Shown here piece by piece: positions 28,914-38,090 of a stretch of 64,000 bases of DNA (within the stretch, counting starts at the first letter, position 1; every line of letters begins with the position of its first letter). This DNA is from Capsulimonadales bacterium. GTDB taxonomy: Bacteria > Armatimonadota > Armatimonadia > Armatimonadales > Armatimonadaceae. Position numbers and translations under genes: made by a program. Below the pieces are notes generated by a model. That model saw only the letters and a program-made list of their open reading frames with translations. It ran no database searches and had not been told where the DNA came from. The DNA lies in NCBI GenBank assembly GCA_033762295.1, contig JANRLW010000070.1, forward strand, positions 13,371-77,370, written 5' to 3'.

Positions 28914-30218
28914 ATGGAAGAGACGAACGAAAGCCAACCCGCACCGAAAGCGGGAAAGAGAATTACACGGGCGAAGGAAAAAGAGAACGGTCTACCGTCC
29001 GTACCTTATAACCGTGTGGACGATCCCGCCGTGCGCGGCACCTATCGCGCCAAGACCTATGATCTCTTGCAGGCGTTGACAGGTGGGCAACGCGGTGTTG
29101 CGGGTTCGTCGTACATGGTCAGTCTCGCCCAGTGCTTCGCCGAGGCTGTCGCCCTGCCGCATGATCCAACCCCAACGCATAAAGAACTGGAAGCCCTTTA
29201 CGATGATGTCGATGCGGATGTTGATACCGCACCCTTCTTTGACGGAGGACGACGGCGGATTGAACAGTATGAGGGGTTCACGGAAACCACGGGCAACTGG
29301 CGGGCGCACGGTGTCGGGGATGTACGGTCGCTCTACTTCTTCGCGGTGCTGGCGATAAACGACTTCGGCCATGACGGAGACGAAGACCCCCTGCGGATGG
29401 GCGGCTTCCCGCCGACACCGCACGGGATCGTAGGAGTACGGCGACTGGTTGCCCGAAGCGGCCATCGTGTTGGCCCCCGTGCGTCGGAATGGCTGGCCTA
29501 CGATGCCTACCTTGGCGATGGTCTGAAGCATCTGGGCGTCGAATGGCTGGACATCGAAGATGCCGTTACCGCCGCGTTCCTCGGTTCGATCCCGAAGCAG
29601 TACCGTGCCCTCCTTGATGCTCAGGATGTGCCGCGCCCGCTTTCCCTCATTCTTTGGAGACACGATTTTGAGCGGTGGCAGGCTGTCATATCTCATGCGG
29701 CTGCGATATTGAAAGTGGAGAAGGCTCTGTCTGCCGCGCTTTGCCCGCTCCCTTTCGCTCCGCTTCTTGGCTCAGGAGTAGAGGACGTTCCCGCGATGCT
29801 GACACGGCTTCGACAGGTCGTGACCGTTCCTGAATGGCAGGTCGTGACCGTTCCTAAATGGGCGGATGCCGCGACATGGCGTCTCCCTGACTTCAAGAAG
29901 GTAAATCCCCCCACGGTGCGGCCCGTATACCGCGCGATTGCCGATACACTGGCAGATCGAATCGGTGGACTGTCGCGGGCGGCGGTTCCTCCCGATGATG
30001 CCCCCGTGTTCGCTCACCGACTTTTTGCGAGTATGGCAGGGAGCGGCGGCGAGAACGGGCGTCAGAGCCGCGATTTCCTTTCTCTGGTCGCTGACATCCT
30101 GTTCCATCTCGCGGTCGCACGTGGCTATCCTTCAGCCTATTGCCCCGATGGGTCGCTACAGTCCCCTACTTTCCACGACTGGAAAAACGTTCGTTACCTT
30201 CTGGCCGAACAGGAATAG
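28914..30218 (+). CDS. Hypothetical protein (about 434 aa)
   Basis: Long ORF with no recognised motif; internal 24-bp duplication QVVTVPEW/QVVTVPKW. Confidence 0.7.
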   Translation: MEETNESQPAPKAGKRITRAKEKENGLPSVPYNRVDDPAVRGTYRAKTYDLLQALTGGQRGVAGSSYMVSLAQCFAEAVALPHDPTPTHKELEALYDDVDADVDTAPFFDGGRRRIEQYEGFTETTGNWRAHGVGDVRSLYFFAVLAINDFGHDGDEDPLRMGGFPPTPHGIVGVRRLVARSGHRVGPRASEWLAYDAYLGDGLKHLGVEWLDIEDAVTAAFLGSIPKQYRALLDAQDVPRPLSLILWRHDFERWQAVISHAAAILKVEKALSAALCPLPFAPLLGSGVEDVPAMLTRLRQVVTVPEWQVVTVPKWADAATWRLPDFKKVNPPTVRPVYRAIADTLADRIGGLSRAAVPPDDAPVFAHRLFASMAGSGGENGRQSRDFLSLVADILFHLAVARGYPSAYCPDGSLQSPTFHDWKNVRYLLAEQE

Positions 30219-30720
30219 ACGGTTCTCCCCTCTTTTCGCGTAGGATTTTGCCCGAATGGGCGGTCTTCATCAGTTTTCCTACGCATCCCAGTTCCAAAGG
30301 TCGTTTCGGCCTACGATGCCTATGTCGTCGCGGACAGGCGGCAGGATCGTGAAAGCCCCGATCCCGCTGCCTTGCGACGATACGCAGGGTAAGACATTGG
30401 CACGGAAACCGCGACAACTGGACGCAGAACTGGAACCCGCACCGATACTCCCAGAGGGCATTAACCTGGAGAGCGACGGCGCGGTGTTATCAGTAGCGTG
30501 GGTACGAGCGACAGCGATTCTGCTGCGCGGTATGGCGCGTCGTGACGCCCGCCTGAGTACAGGCTCCGTCGAAACGTCTTTCGGGAGTATTGCCACTGTT
30601 GCTACCCTGCAAAAAACCAACATCAAAATCCCCTTACCGATGTGAGGATGCAAGGGAAAGCCATGTTTGACGCGACGACCATGACAACCACGACGGAGAA
30701 CACCGTCAACCAGCCCTCTT

Positions 30721-31074
30721 ATGAGGAAGCGACTCAGCAAGAGATCGAGGAGATGCCCCGATCCCTATGACCTCGGCACTTACGATGCCTGGGCCTGCGC
30801 GTCCTGCGGGGTCATCGCTGCGGAGTCGGGAGGCCCGCTGTATGAGTGCGGCGGATGCGGAACGCAGTTCAACCGCGACACCTCGCACGACGGATGCAGC
30901 CACCGATGCCCCGACTGCGGCAAATTCGCAGGGCGAATCGCCGATCACTCGTGCGCCGATTGCTGCATGGCTGAGGCGGAAGGTATTGAGGCTGTTCAGT
31001 GTCCTGAATGCTGCGAAGAGGTCGATGTCGAAACGTGGGAAGATCATTGGGACGATTACCACGCGACTTTCTGA
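30721..31074 (+). CDS. Small Cys-rich multi-zinc-finger protein
   Basis: CASC, CGGC, CPDC, CADC, CPEC plus H...H tail. Confidence 0.7.
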   Translation: MRKRLSKRSRRCPDPYDLGTYDAWACASCGVIAAESGGPLYECGGCGTQFNRDTSHDGCSHRCPDCGKFAGRIADHSCADCCMAEAEGIEAVQCPECCEEVDVETWEDHWDDYHATF

Positions 31075-31196
31075 CCAGACGGGGTCTGGGGGAGGAAAAG
31101 ACGGGAAAAGGAACAGTCCTCTAAGGGGGAGGAGCGGTGCGTCAACGAGGCTCACCGTCCGTCCAAACACGGGTTTTACTGCCCGAAACGAGCGCG

Positions 31197-31219
31197 GGGG
31201 CGGGGCTTCTCCCGCCCCC
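31197..31219. terminator. GC hairpin between convergent genes
   Basis: GGGGCGGG-GCTTCT-CCCGCCCC. Confidence 0.45.
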
Positions 31220-31259
31220 GTCCACCCCGCCGCGAACGGCACACCCAGAACCCGACAGA

Positions 31260-31901
31260 CTACTTAACAAAACTGTTGAACACGCCACGAACAACCAAGA
31301 GGGAAGTTGTAACGCTCATCAAACTTGGATAGGTGTCATTTGGATCGAAGTAGTCAGAGTAGTATCCGTTGTATCCAGTCTCTTTATAATTTTGAATCAT
31401 TTCACAGGGAATACCACTCCGACGCAGAAGAGCATAACCTGCCCCGTGCATAAACACATAGAAATGGCTAACACCCCTACTCAACGCATCTTCGCAGGCA
31501 ACTCCTAATAGGCCGAAGCGGATCATTAGGCTAAGGCGCGGATTCCGAACGTTGCTCGCTAAGGCAAATCTCCCTAACTCTGCAATCGCATCGCGTGGCA
31601 GAGCAGGAGGCGGCAAATTGAAAAACTTTTCTGTATAGGACGGCTTAGGGTATGAGTTATTATAGATTACGCGACAACAGGCGATAGGAACACCTTTGTA
31701 TGAAGCCAGAATGTGAGACGAATACGGATCGTATTCGTCTGAATCAAGACGGTCAGGGCAGGTTGACTCGTTTAGGTATCCGAGTTCTTCTCCGAACACC
31801 TGATAGCGGAAAGCCTGATGTTCTCGGAGCCGAGACATAGGCAACACCTCGAACTTGATCTGCGTGATTTCCAGGTCAGGAAACAGGTCATTATCAGCCA
31901 T
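31260..31901 (-). CDS. LuxI/FeeM-fold GNAT N-acyltransferase
   Basis: FRYQVFGEELGY...DSDEYD...IACCRVI...AELGRFAL matches the acyl-carrier-dependent N-acyltransferase pattern. Confidence 0.78.
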   Translation of the reverse strand: MADNDLFPDLEITQIKFEVLPMSRLREHQAFRYQVFGEELGYLNESTCPDRLDSDEYDPYSSHILASYKGVPIACCRVIYNNSYPKPSYTEKFFNLPPPALPRDAIAELGRFALASNVRNPRLSLMIRFGLLGVACEDALSRGVSHFYVFMHGAGYALLRRSGIPCEMIQNYKETGYNGYYSDYFDPNDTYPSLMSVTTSLLVVRGVFNSFVK

Positions 31902-31902
31902 C

Positions 31903-32694
31903 CTACTCCCCTCCCTGTTTCCGTTGAACGCATCGCACCAGCCAGTCCTGCCCCGCGTAGGTCGGCTTGATCTCGGTGATGTTCAGCCCGTTGGCGGCGA
32001 ACATACGGGTTAGTTCGTCTTGGCTCCAGAAGTACTGGGAATCGCGCCCGTTTTTCACGATCCAGATGTTCATGATGCCGACCATGATGAGCGCGGGGAT
32101 GATCCGCAGGGTGGCGAAAAAGTCCCCAATGCCGCGACACATCCCGCAGTGCGCCCAAAACACCCCCATCGGGTTGAAGCGGGTCTGCGGCGTGGCGTGA
32201 ACCATCAGGCCGTCAGGTTTCAGCAGGTCGCGCAGTTGGGCCAGCGTCGCGGCGGGATCAGGCAATGTGTAAAGGACGTTGGTGGTCACGATGCGGTCGC
32301 AGGAGGCGGGGCGCAGGCCCGCAGCGTCGGGGGAATCCCCAAAGACGAAAACAGCCCCCACCGACACGGGCACCTTGCGTTCGGCCCGCTGGAGCATGGA
32401 ACGGGATGAGTCGATGCCCGTCACGCGAACACGGGGAGCGCGGGCCAGGGCAAACCGTTCAAAGTTGCCCGTGCCGCAGCCGTAGTCCAGCACCGCCATG
32501 TCGTCCTGCAGTTCCAGGGCGTCCAGTATGTCGCCCATCATCTGCTGGTACGGCTTCAATCCTGTAAGCGAGTCGTAACAGACGGCGTACAGGTTCCAGA
32601 ACCCGCTCCGAAGGGTTCTGGGGGCCGCACCAGCATCTATTGGTGTTGCGGACGATGCCGCATCTGTATTCTTGGCAACGATGTCGCTGGGCAA
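31903..32694 (-). CDS. Class I SAM-dependent methyltransferase
   Basis: VLDYGCGTGN, GIDSS..ML, NVLYTLPDP, LKPDG. Confidence 0.88.
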   Translation of the reverse strand: MPSDIVAKNTDAASSATPIDAGAAPRTLRSGFWNLYAVCYDSLTGLKPYQQMMGDILDALELQDDMAVLDYGCGTGNFERFALARAPRVRVTGIDSSRSMLQRAERKVPVSVGAVFVFGDSPDAAGLRPASCDRIVTTNVLYTLPDPAATLAQLRDLLKPDGLMVHATPQTRFNPMGVFWAHCGMCRGIGDFFATLRIIPALIMVGIMNIWIVKNGRDSQYFWSQDELTRMFAANGLNITEIKPTYAGQDWLVRCVQRKQGGE

Positions 32695-32750
32695 GGCGTT
32701 CCCCTCCCTTCTGCACGTTCGACGCGGAAAGTGACGGTTCGCCGCGTCCT

Positions 32751-33515
32751 CTATTTGATGGCGTCGTTCGCGGCCTTCGCTCGCTCATATACGGCATCCC
32801 ACATGGCGAGCGGGTAGACAAACAGAAGACAGTCCATGCCATACATGATGGATGCGCCCGCGCCGTCGTACTGCTCGGTACAGTGTTCGATCAGGTGGCG
32901 CATCAGGTTCGAGTGCTGAATGTCCTCTTTAGCGTGGGTGGTGATAAACACCAGTCCGTCGCCCGACACGCCCATCTTGGCGAGGTTGGCTTCGATCATC
33001 TCCGCAAGGATCGAGGTCAGGTTCTCGAACAGATATTCCGCGCCGAGGAATACGAACGGGTCGCGAAGATACTGGATTGCCAGCCACACACCAAGCATGG
33101 CGACCGCGCCAGGACTCATCGGAGCGTTGCGAGCAAACTCCTTGTCACCGCCGAGCGCGACGTAACCGTTCAGGGCGACCTCACCGTGAGTAAACTCCTC
33201 GGCCATCAGGTTCAGCATCGCCTTGAATTTTCGTTCCTCCAGCGAGCGGGGAAACTGGGCAATACAAGCGATGGATGCCTCGACTACCTGGGCCTCGTAA
33301 AAGTAAATCTCCAAGTACAACTCGCGCATGATCGCCTGCACGAGTCTGGGGTCGCTGTCGGGCGAGGAGACGACTTTCCAGTATTCCTTCTGCTGTATTT
33401 GTCCCACCAGGGCAGCGATTTTGCCGTCCAGGTAATCCATCACCTCCTGCGCCGTGTAGCGGCGGTCGGAGATGGATTTCTGCATCGGGCGTAACAAAAT
33501 AGAGGCTTCGGCCAT
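32751..33515 (-). CDS. Heme-oxygenase-like diiron enzyme (iron-containing redox enzyme, PqqC/CADD-like)
   Basis: Helical protein with AEEFTH, YLFE and HAKEDIQH ligand pattern. Confidence 0.8.
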   Translation of the reverse strand: MAEASILLRPMQKSISDRRYTAQEVMDYLDGKIAALVGQIQQKEYWKVVSSPDSDPRLVQAIMRELYLEIYFYEAQVVEASIACIAQFPRSLEERKFKAMLNLMAEEFTHGEVALNGYVALGGDKEFARNAPMSPGAVAMLGVWLAIQYLRDPFVFLGAEYLFENLTSILAEMIEANLAKMGVSGDGLVFITTHAKEDIQHSNLMRHLIEHCTEQYDGAGASIMYGMDCLLFVYPLAMWDAVYERAKAANDAIK

Positions 33516-33527
33516 GTTCTTTCCTTA

Positions 33528-34199
33528 CTATGCGTAGGCAGCGACGGATGCGACCAAGGGTATCTTCTCCTGTGGTTTGTGCGCGTCGGCGGCAAGACAC
33601 TCACGGCACACGTCCACATAGGGGGAGCGAACTTTGATGAGATGCGATAGATCGCGAAATCTACAAACCATCAACCGAGACGGGCCGAACTCTGGATGCT
33701 CGGCAGGTTCCCGATACTCAACATAGCCGATCCGCTTGTAGTAACGCTCAAGATGTTTGAGGTTGACGTCAACAGTGATGAAATCCAAACGCGCTCCCAT
33801 ATTCCAGGTGGCGCGATATGCTTCGATTCCAATACGGGTCGGCAAAAGGGAATTGCGATGCGCGGCGGCGACCAACATCTTTGTGGTCATGGAAACCTGA
33901 CGGGGGTAGGCGTCGCCCGCATATTTCGCCATTTCGCACAATTCAAGATAGTAGCCCAGATCGCAGGTCAATCCGAAGTTTCTGCGGACTGTTCCTACTA
34001 CTTCGTCGCCCTGAAACGCTGCAACAATCACGCCCGTAGCGTCCAGTGGTTCCTCGACTTTGCGTCGTTCGTGATTGGCGTAGTGTTGCTTCCAGCCGAG
34101 TTCCTCGACATATACCTCGTAGCGGAAGCGGTATACGGCGGCGCGGTCTTCGTCTGATTGCGCGATGCGTATTGCGATTGATTGCTCGTTATTTTTCAT
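33528..34199 (-). CDS. GNAT N-acyltransferase (N-acyl amino acid synthase/LuxI fold)
   Basis: IRIAQS.EDRAAVYRFRYEVYVEELGW...LD...VVGTVR...YYKRIGY. Confidence 0.78.
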   Translation of the reverse strand: MKNNEQSIAIRIAQSDEDRAAVYRFRYEVYVEELGWKQHYANHERRKVEEPLDATGVIVAAFQGDEVVGTVRRNFGLTCDLGYYLELCEMAKYAGDAYPRQVSMTTKMLVAAAHRNSLLPTRIGIEAYRATWNMGARLDFITVDVNLKHLERYYKRIGYVEYREPAEHPEFGPSRLMVCRFRDLSHLIKVRSPYVDVCRECLAADAHKPQEKIPLVASVAAYA

Positions 34200-34375
34200 A
34201 GCGACCTAACAGACGGTGTGACTGCTGCTGAACCCGTCATATAAGGAAAGAGAAACGCAGGGGGCAGCATATTACCGACGCACAAAGAATTTTTTGAAGC
34301 GGTTCCACGAATCGCCTCGACGCTACCAACGGTTCTTACAGGGGAGCGATCTTCCTTGCTCTCCACGGTTTGCAT
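34196..34375 (-). CDS. 59-aa small ORF, first in the operon
   Basis: AAGGAG RBS before ATG; ATGA overlap with the downstream GNAT gene. Confidence 0.5.
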   Translation of the reverse strand: MQTVESKEDRSPVRTVGSVEAIRGTASKNSLCVGNMLPPAFLFPYMTGSAAVTPSVRSL

Positions 34376-34401
34376 GTGATCTCCTTTTCTCATACCTGCA
34401 T

Positions 34402-34445
34402 ACCTTACAAGCGTTTCCGATGGCAGGCAATATCGAAAAACGATA
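34402..34445 (-). promoter_or_regulatory. Putative activator-dependent promoter
   Basis: TTGCCT-17 bp-TAAGGT with palindrome TATCG-N5-CGATA abutting the -35. Confidence 0.4.
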
Positions 34446-34491
34446 CGATTTGGGGCGAATCACAGCGAGAAAAATCAAGAGAAGTCTGCCG

Positions 34492-34840
34492 ATGTTTTTG
34501 CGCTTTCGCCCTGTTCGACTCGATGACTTACCCGTGTGCGCGAGGATCACGCGGGATCGTTTTGCCTTCTCGACAGAAGCCGACCGTTCTGGTCTGGTGG
34601 AGATGTGGGGCGACCTTCAGAACGAGGAGTGGATGATCGGGGCAATGACAGAAGATGGTGCTACACTGTCGAGCAGGGCATAGCGTGGATGTGCTTCAAA
34701 GTGTTCGCCACCTCCGACAGCGGAGAGAAGGCTCGTAACAGGTAACTTACGTGTGGGATTGCGGCAAACAGGAAGCAGGTTGTTTTTCACGTCCGCGAAA
34801 GACCCAAAGCCGACCAGGAAACAGTTCATATGCTTGTGAG
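34492..34840 (+). pseudogene. Degraded paralog of the 34914-35873 regulator
   Basis: MFLRFRPVRLDDLPVC..ITRDRFAF.....LVEMW..LQNE aligns with MIFRYRPTRPQDLLSC...ARDAFAY.....IKAMW..MLNE; frameshift and stop near 34683. Confidence 0.7.
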
Positions 34841-34913
34841 AACGCATAGAGTGACAATGAAATTGCCAGTGTTCGTAAGATAAAAAGAGATTGACAGGTG
34901 CTATCGGGAAACA

Positions 34914-35873
34914 CTATGTTGCCTTGTAAGGGCGCAACTCCTCCATATGATGCTCAAGGTAGGACAGTAGACGACGTTTTTTTTCCGCGCCGCGCTTGCC
35001 AGCACTCTCCTTGTCCATCTCTGAGCCGAAAAAATTGGGCTGAACGTCCATAACCCGCCGATAGATCGTATCCCAACGCTTTCTGATGGTTACGGAAGCC
35101 AAACACAGACTTTCACTCAGCGACGTATCCGTATCACTGGACAATGCCCAAAGCAGCATTTCCTGCTCAGGGGGCGTAAATCCAAATCGCGGCGTTTGAT
35201 AGTGAAAAAATGTAGTTACCATCGAACCATATTTTTGCAAGGCTTGTGTTCGTGTAATCCCGTATAAATGGGGTCGCTTCTCGCCATAAGAGGCTGGGAC
35301 ACCACCATTTCGGTCGTACCAGTCAGTAAAATCGGTTATCCTGTTATAGCCGAAGGTATCGCCCCAGTCACAAGTTACCTTGTCGTATAACTCAACATAG
35401 ATACCGTTCAAGCGATAACCAGCAAAAGCAAAGGGATGGCAGTCATTTATCTTGCTCAGCAAAAACGGTAGCCGCCCCGCCTCAATGATGTCGAATGCCA
35501 TTCCTGATGCGATGCAAAAGAGAGTGACCCCGCTCGTGGCGTTCGCCCCCCTTACCTGTTCCGCCGATAAAACAGGAAGTGTCCCAGATCGACATTCTTG
35601 TAACCAATAGCCCGATGTGAGTGGGGGGACATCAGCGGTCGCGAGTCGTGATGCAAACGCTGTGTTCACAAACGCCATAATAACAAAAAAGACGATCTGT
35701 CGCGTATCACGCTCCTCAATGACCATACTCATGGCGTTTCCTTCGTTTAGCATACTTAACCACATCGCCTTTATGTCCTCGTGATCGGACGATTTATAGG
35801 CAAAGGCATCACGTGCCTGAGCAACACAAGATAGCAAATCTTGAGGGCGAGTGGGACGGTAGCGGAAAATCAT
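34914..35873 (-). CDS. Transcriptional regulator with C-terminal LuxR-like HTH and uncharacterised N-terminal domain
   Basis: FTPPEQEMLLWAL..DTD..LSESLCLASVTIRKRWDTIYRRV; KRGAEKKRRLLSYL..HMEELRP tail. Confidence 0.72.
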   Translation of the reverse strand: MIFRYRPTRPQDLLSCVAQARDAFAYKSSDHEDIKAMWLSMLNEGNAMSMVIEERDTRQIVFFVIMAFVNTAFASRLATADVPPLTSGYWLQECRSGTLPVLSAEQVRGANATSGVTLFCIASGMAFDIIEAGRLPFLLSKINDCHPFAFAGYRLNGIYVELYDKVTCDWGDTFGYNRITDFTDWYDRNGGVPASYGEKRPHLYGITRTQALQKYGSMVTTFFHYQTPRFGFTPPEQEMLLWALSSDTDTSLSESLCLASVTIRKRWDTIYRRVMDVQPNFFGSEMDKESAGKRGAEKKRRLLSYLEHHMEELRPYKAT

Positions 35874-36090
35874 GAATCTGTCCCAATTATACTAGACACG
35901 ACTCGAAAGGCAATACCCTGTCAGCATTGAGAACGGAGTAGTGCGACGCTGATACGCGACCCTAATGATAACCGTGAAGACCACAAAGGAAATGACTTTT
36001 CATATCCGCGCTACCGCTTTCCATCGAAGCAATCCGAACACTGGAACATCCACATAGTTCCGCTTGGGCCAAGCCGATACAATGGCATAG

Positions 36091-36330
36091 ATGCCCTACT
36101 TTCTCCTGTCGGATGACGAACGCACCGCCTACCGCGACCGAGGCTTTGACCTTCTCGAAACGGCGATGAAGGGCAACCTGTTCGGTTGGTTTGGCGGTAC
36201 ATCGGTGCGTGGGTTGTGCGATATGATCGGGGAAGCAACCATCGAACCCCACGACTTCGTCCCGACCGACGCCGAATGGGAAGCCGCCTTCAGTAACTTC
36301 TTCCAAAAGCATACGCTTCGAGAGGGATAA
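36091..36330 (+). CDS. Short hypothetical protein or gene remnant
   Basis: 79-aa ORF ending just before the tRNA terminator. Confidence 0.3.
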   Translation: MPYFLLSDDERTAYRDRGFDLLETAMKGNLFGWFGGTSVRGLCDMIGEATIEPHDFVPTDAEWEAAFSNFFQKHTLREG

Positions 36331-36338
36331 AAACAAGA

Positions 36339-36369
36339 CAGCCCGATGGAAAATTCTTCCATCAGGCTG
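36339..36369 (-). terminator. tRNA terminator hairpin (part of att copy 3)
   Basis: CAGCCCGATGGAA-AATTC-TTCCATCAGGCTG followed by T-rich tract on the minus strand. Confidence 0.75.
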
Positions 36370-36375
36370 CTTGCT

Positions 36376-36451
<76 letters not shown>

Positions 36452-36462
36452 TCAACAAAATC

Positions 36463-36491
36463 ATCCTATCATTCCATTCGATGACTGTCAA
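36463..36491 (-). promoter_or_regulatory. tRNA promoter
   Basis: TTGACA-17 bp-TAGGAT. Confidence 0.75.
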
Positions 36492-36890
36492 GAGCCACCG
36501 AAACGTGTCAGGAAGTGTGAGAGCCACCACCAAACAACAGACCCCGAACAATGAAAAAGCGACCGCTCCGCCAAACGAAGGGTCGCTCCGAACTTTTTTC
36601 GGAGGTTTTCAGGATGATTACACTTTTAGTATACCATCCCTTTAACCCGATCACCATCCCATCAACGTGAAAGAATGCTCGGAATGTTCCTGAAATCAGG
36701 CAAAAATACGCCCGATAACCCTCGAAAAAACGATCAAAAAAGAAAAAATCGCCGTCGAACCCGATAGTTCGACTCATAAATGTATCGGATATATCTCCGG
36801 ACGGGCCGGAGATCTGTCAGAGGAAAAATGTCGGTTTCCGAAGAATGTAAACAACATAGATTGTCGACATTTAAGGAAGCGATCCGGTTC

Positions 36891-38012
36891 ATGAATTCCA
36901 TCCCCCTCGCTCCGCCGGAAGCCGACCCCGCAGGCGTGACCGGCACGCCGCGCCACGCAACCGAACGACCGGGCGACGCCGGGACGTCCCACCGCGACAA
37001 TAACTTCAACTTCCTGCGACTCGTCCTCGCCGCCCTCGTCATGGTTCAGCATGCCCCCGAACTCAAAGACGGAGACCGACACCGGGAAATCCTCACCGCC
37101 CTCTTTCATACCGTCGGCTTCGGAACCGTCGCCGTCAACGGCTTTTTCCTCCTCAGTGGCTACCTGATCGTTCAGAGCTGGCAGAGAAACCCACGGCTTC
37201 TCGAATTCCTCAAAAAACGCGTTCTGCGCATCTATCCCGGATTCGTCGTCGCCTCCCTGATCTCCGCACTCGTCGTCGGACCCCTCGGCAGCGATCCCGC
37301 CACCTATTTCCGCCAGCTCTCCGTCACCGACTACGTCCGATCCCTCCTGCTACTCAACGCCCCCGCCGTCCCGGAATCCTTTCCCGGACAACCGTTCCCC
37401 GTTGTCAACGGCTCGCTCTGGACCATCGCCTACGAATTCCGATGCTACCTCGCCGTCGCTCTCTTCGGAATCCTCGGAATCCTGAGACACCGGGCCTGGT
37501 GGCTGATCGCGACCGTCCTGCTCCTCCTCGTCCATCTGGCATCGCTCCGATGGACCGTCCCCGCCAAAATCTTCCCCGGATCGGTGATTCTTCTCGGTAA
37601 CGCGGAAAACATTCCCCGATTGTTCACCTACTTCTTTGTCGGTGGTTGCTTCTATCTGTACCGGGACCGAATCCGATACACCGACCGCCTTGCCCTGCCT
37701 GCCGCCATCCTCGTACTGCTGGCCTTTTTCCGGATGGAAACGGTACACCTGATCCTGCCCACCCTCGGCGCTTACGTGTTTCTCTGGTTCGCGTTCAAAC
37801 CCCTGCCCGCTTTGCGACGGTTCGGCGCTTCCGCCGATATCTCCTACGGCGTCTATCTGTATGGCTGGCCCGTACAGAAACTGCTATACTTCCACTGGCC
37901 GCAGCTGTCACCCTGGTTCGCCCTCGCGCTCGCGATGCCGCTTGTCGCCCTCTGCGGATGGCTCAGCTGGACCTTCGTCGAAGGCCCCTTTCTACGCCTG
38001 AAAGGAAAATAG
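36891..38012 (+). CDS. Acyltransferase-3 (OafA/YrhL) membrane O-acyltransferase
   Basis: NNFNFLRL, AVNGFFLLSGYLI, KRVLRIYP, NGSLWTIAYE, DISYGVYLY. Confidence 0.9.
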   Translation: MNSIPLAPPEADPAGVTGTPRHATERPGDAGTSHRDNNFNFLRLVLAALVMVQHAPELKDGDRHREILTALFHTVGFGTVAVNGFFLLSGYLIVQSWQRNPRLLEFLKKRVLRIYPGFVVASLISALVVGPLGSDPATYFRQLSVTDYVRSLLLLNAPAVPESFPGQPFPVVNGSLWTIAYEFRCYLAVALFGILGILRHRAWWLIATVLLLLVHLASLRWTVPAKIFPGSVILLGNAENIPRLFTYFFVGGCFYLYRDRIRYTDRLALPAAILVLLAFFRMETVHLILPTLGAYVFLWFAFKPLPALRRFGASADISYGVYLYGWPVQKLLYFHWPQLSPWFALALAMPLVALCGWLSWTFVEGPFLRLKGK

Positions 38013-38090
38013 ACGCCGCTCAACGAATGGAACGCTACCATCCGTCGGTTCGTTCACAACGAATCGATCCGTAAGGAGGCCACCCGGCCC

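Larger units (their letters stand above)
28664..36375. mobile_element. Genomic island A at tRNA-fMet, no integrase seen
   Basis: Lies between att copy 2 and the tRNA 3' end; several visibly AT-richer genes and hypotheticals. Confidence 0.7.

Noticed and set aside
31260..31901. Firm luxI/luxR call
   Set aside because: The motif is shared with FeeM/OlsB-type acyltransferases, the conserved Trp is Tyr here, and the regulator lacks a recognisable autoinducer-binding domain
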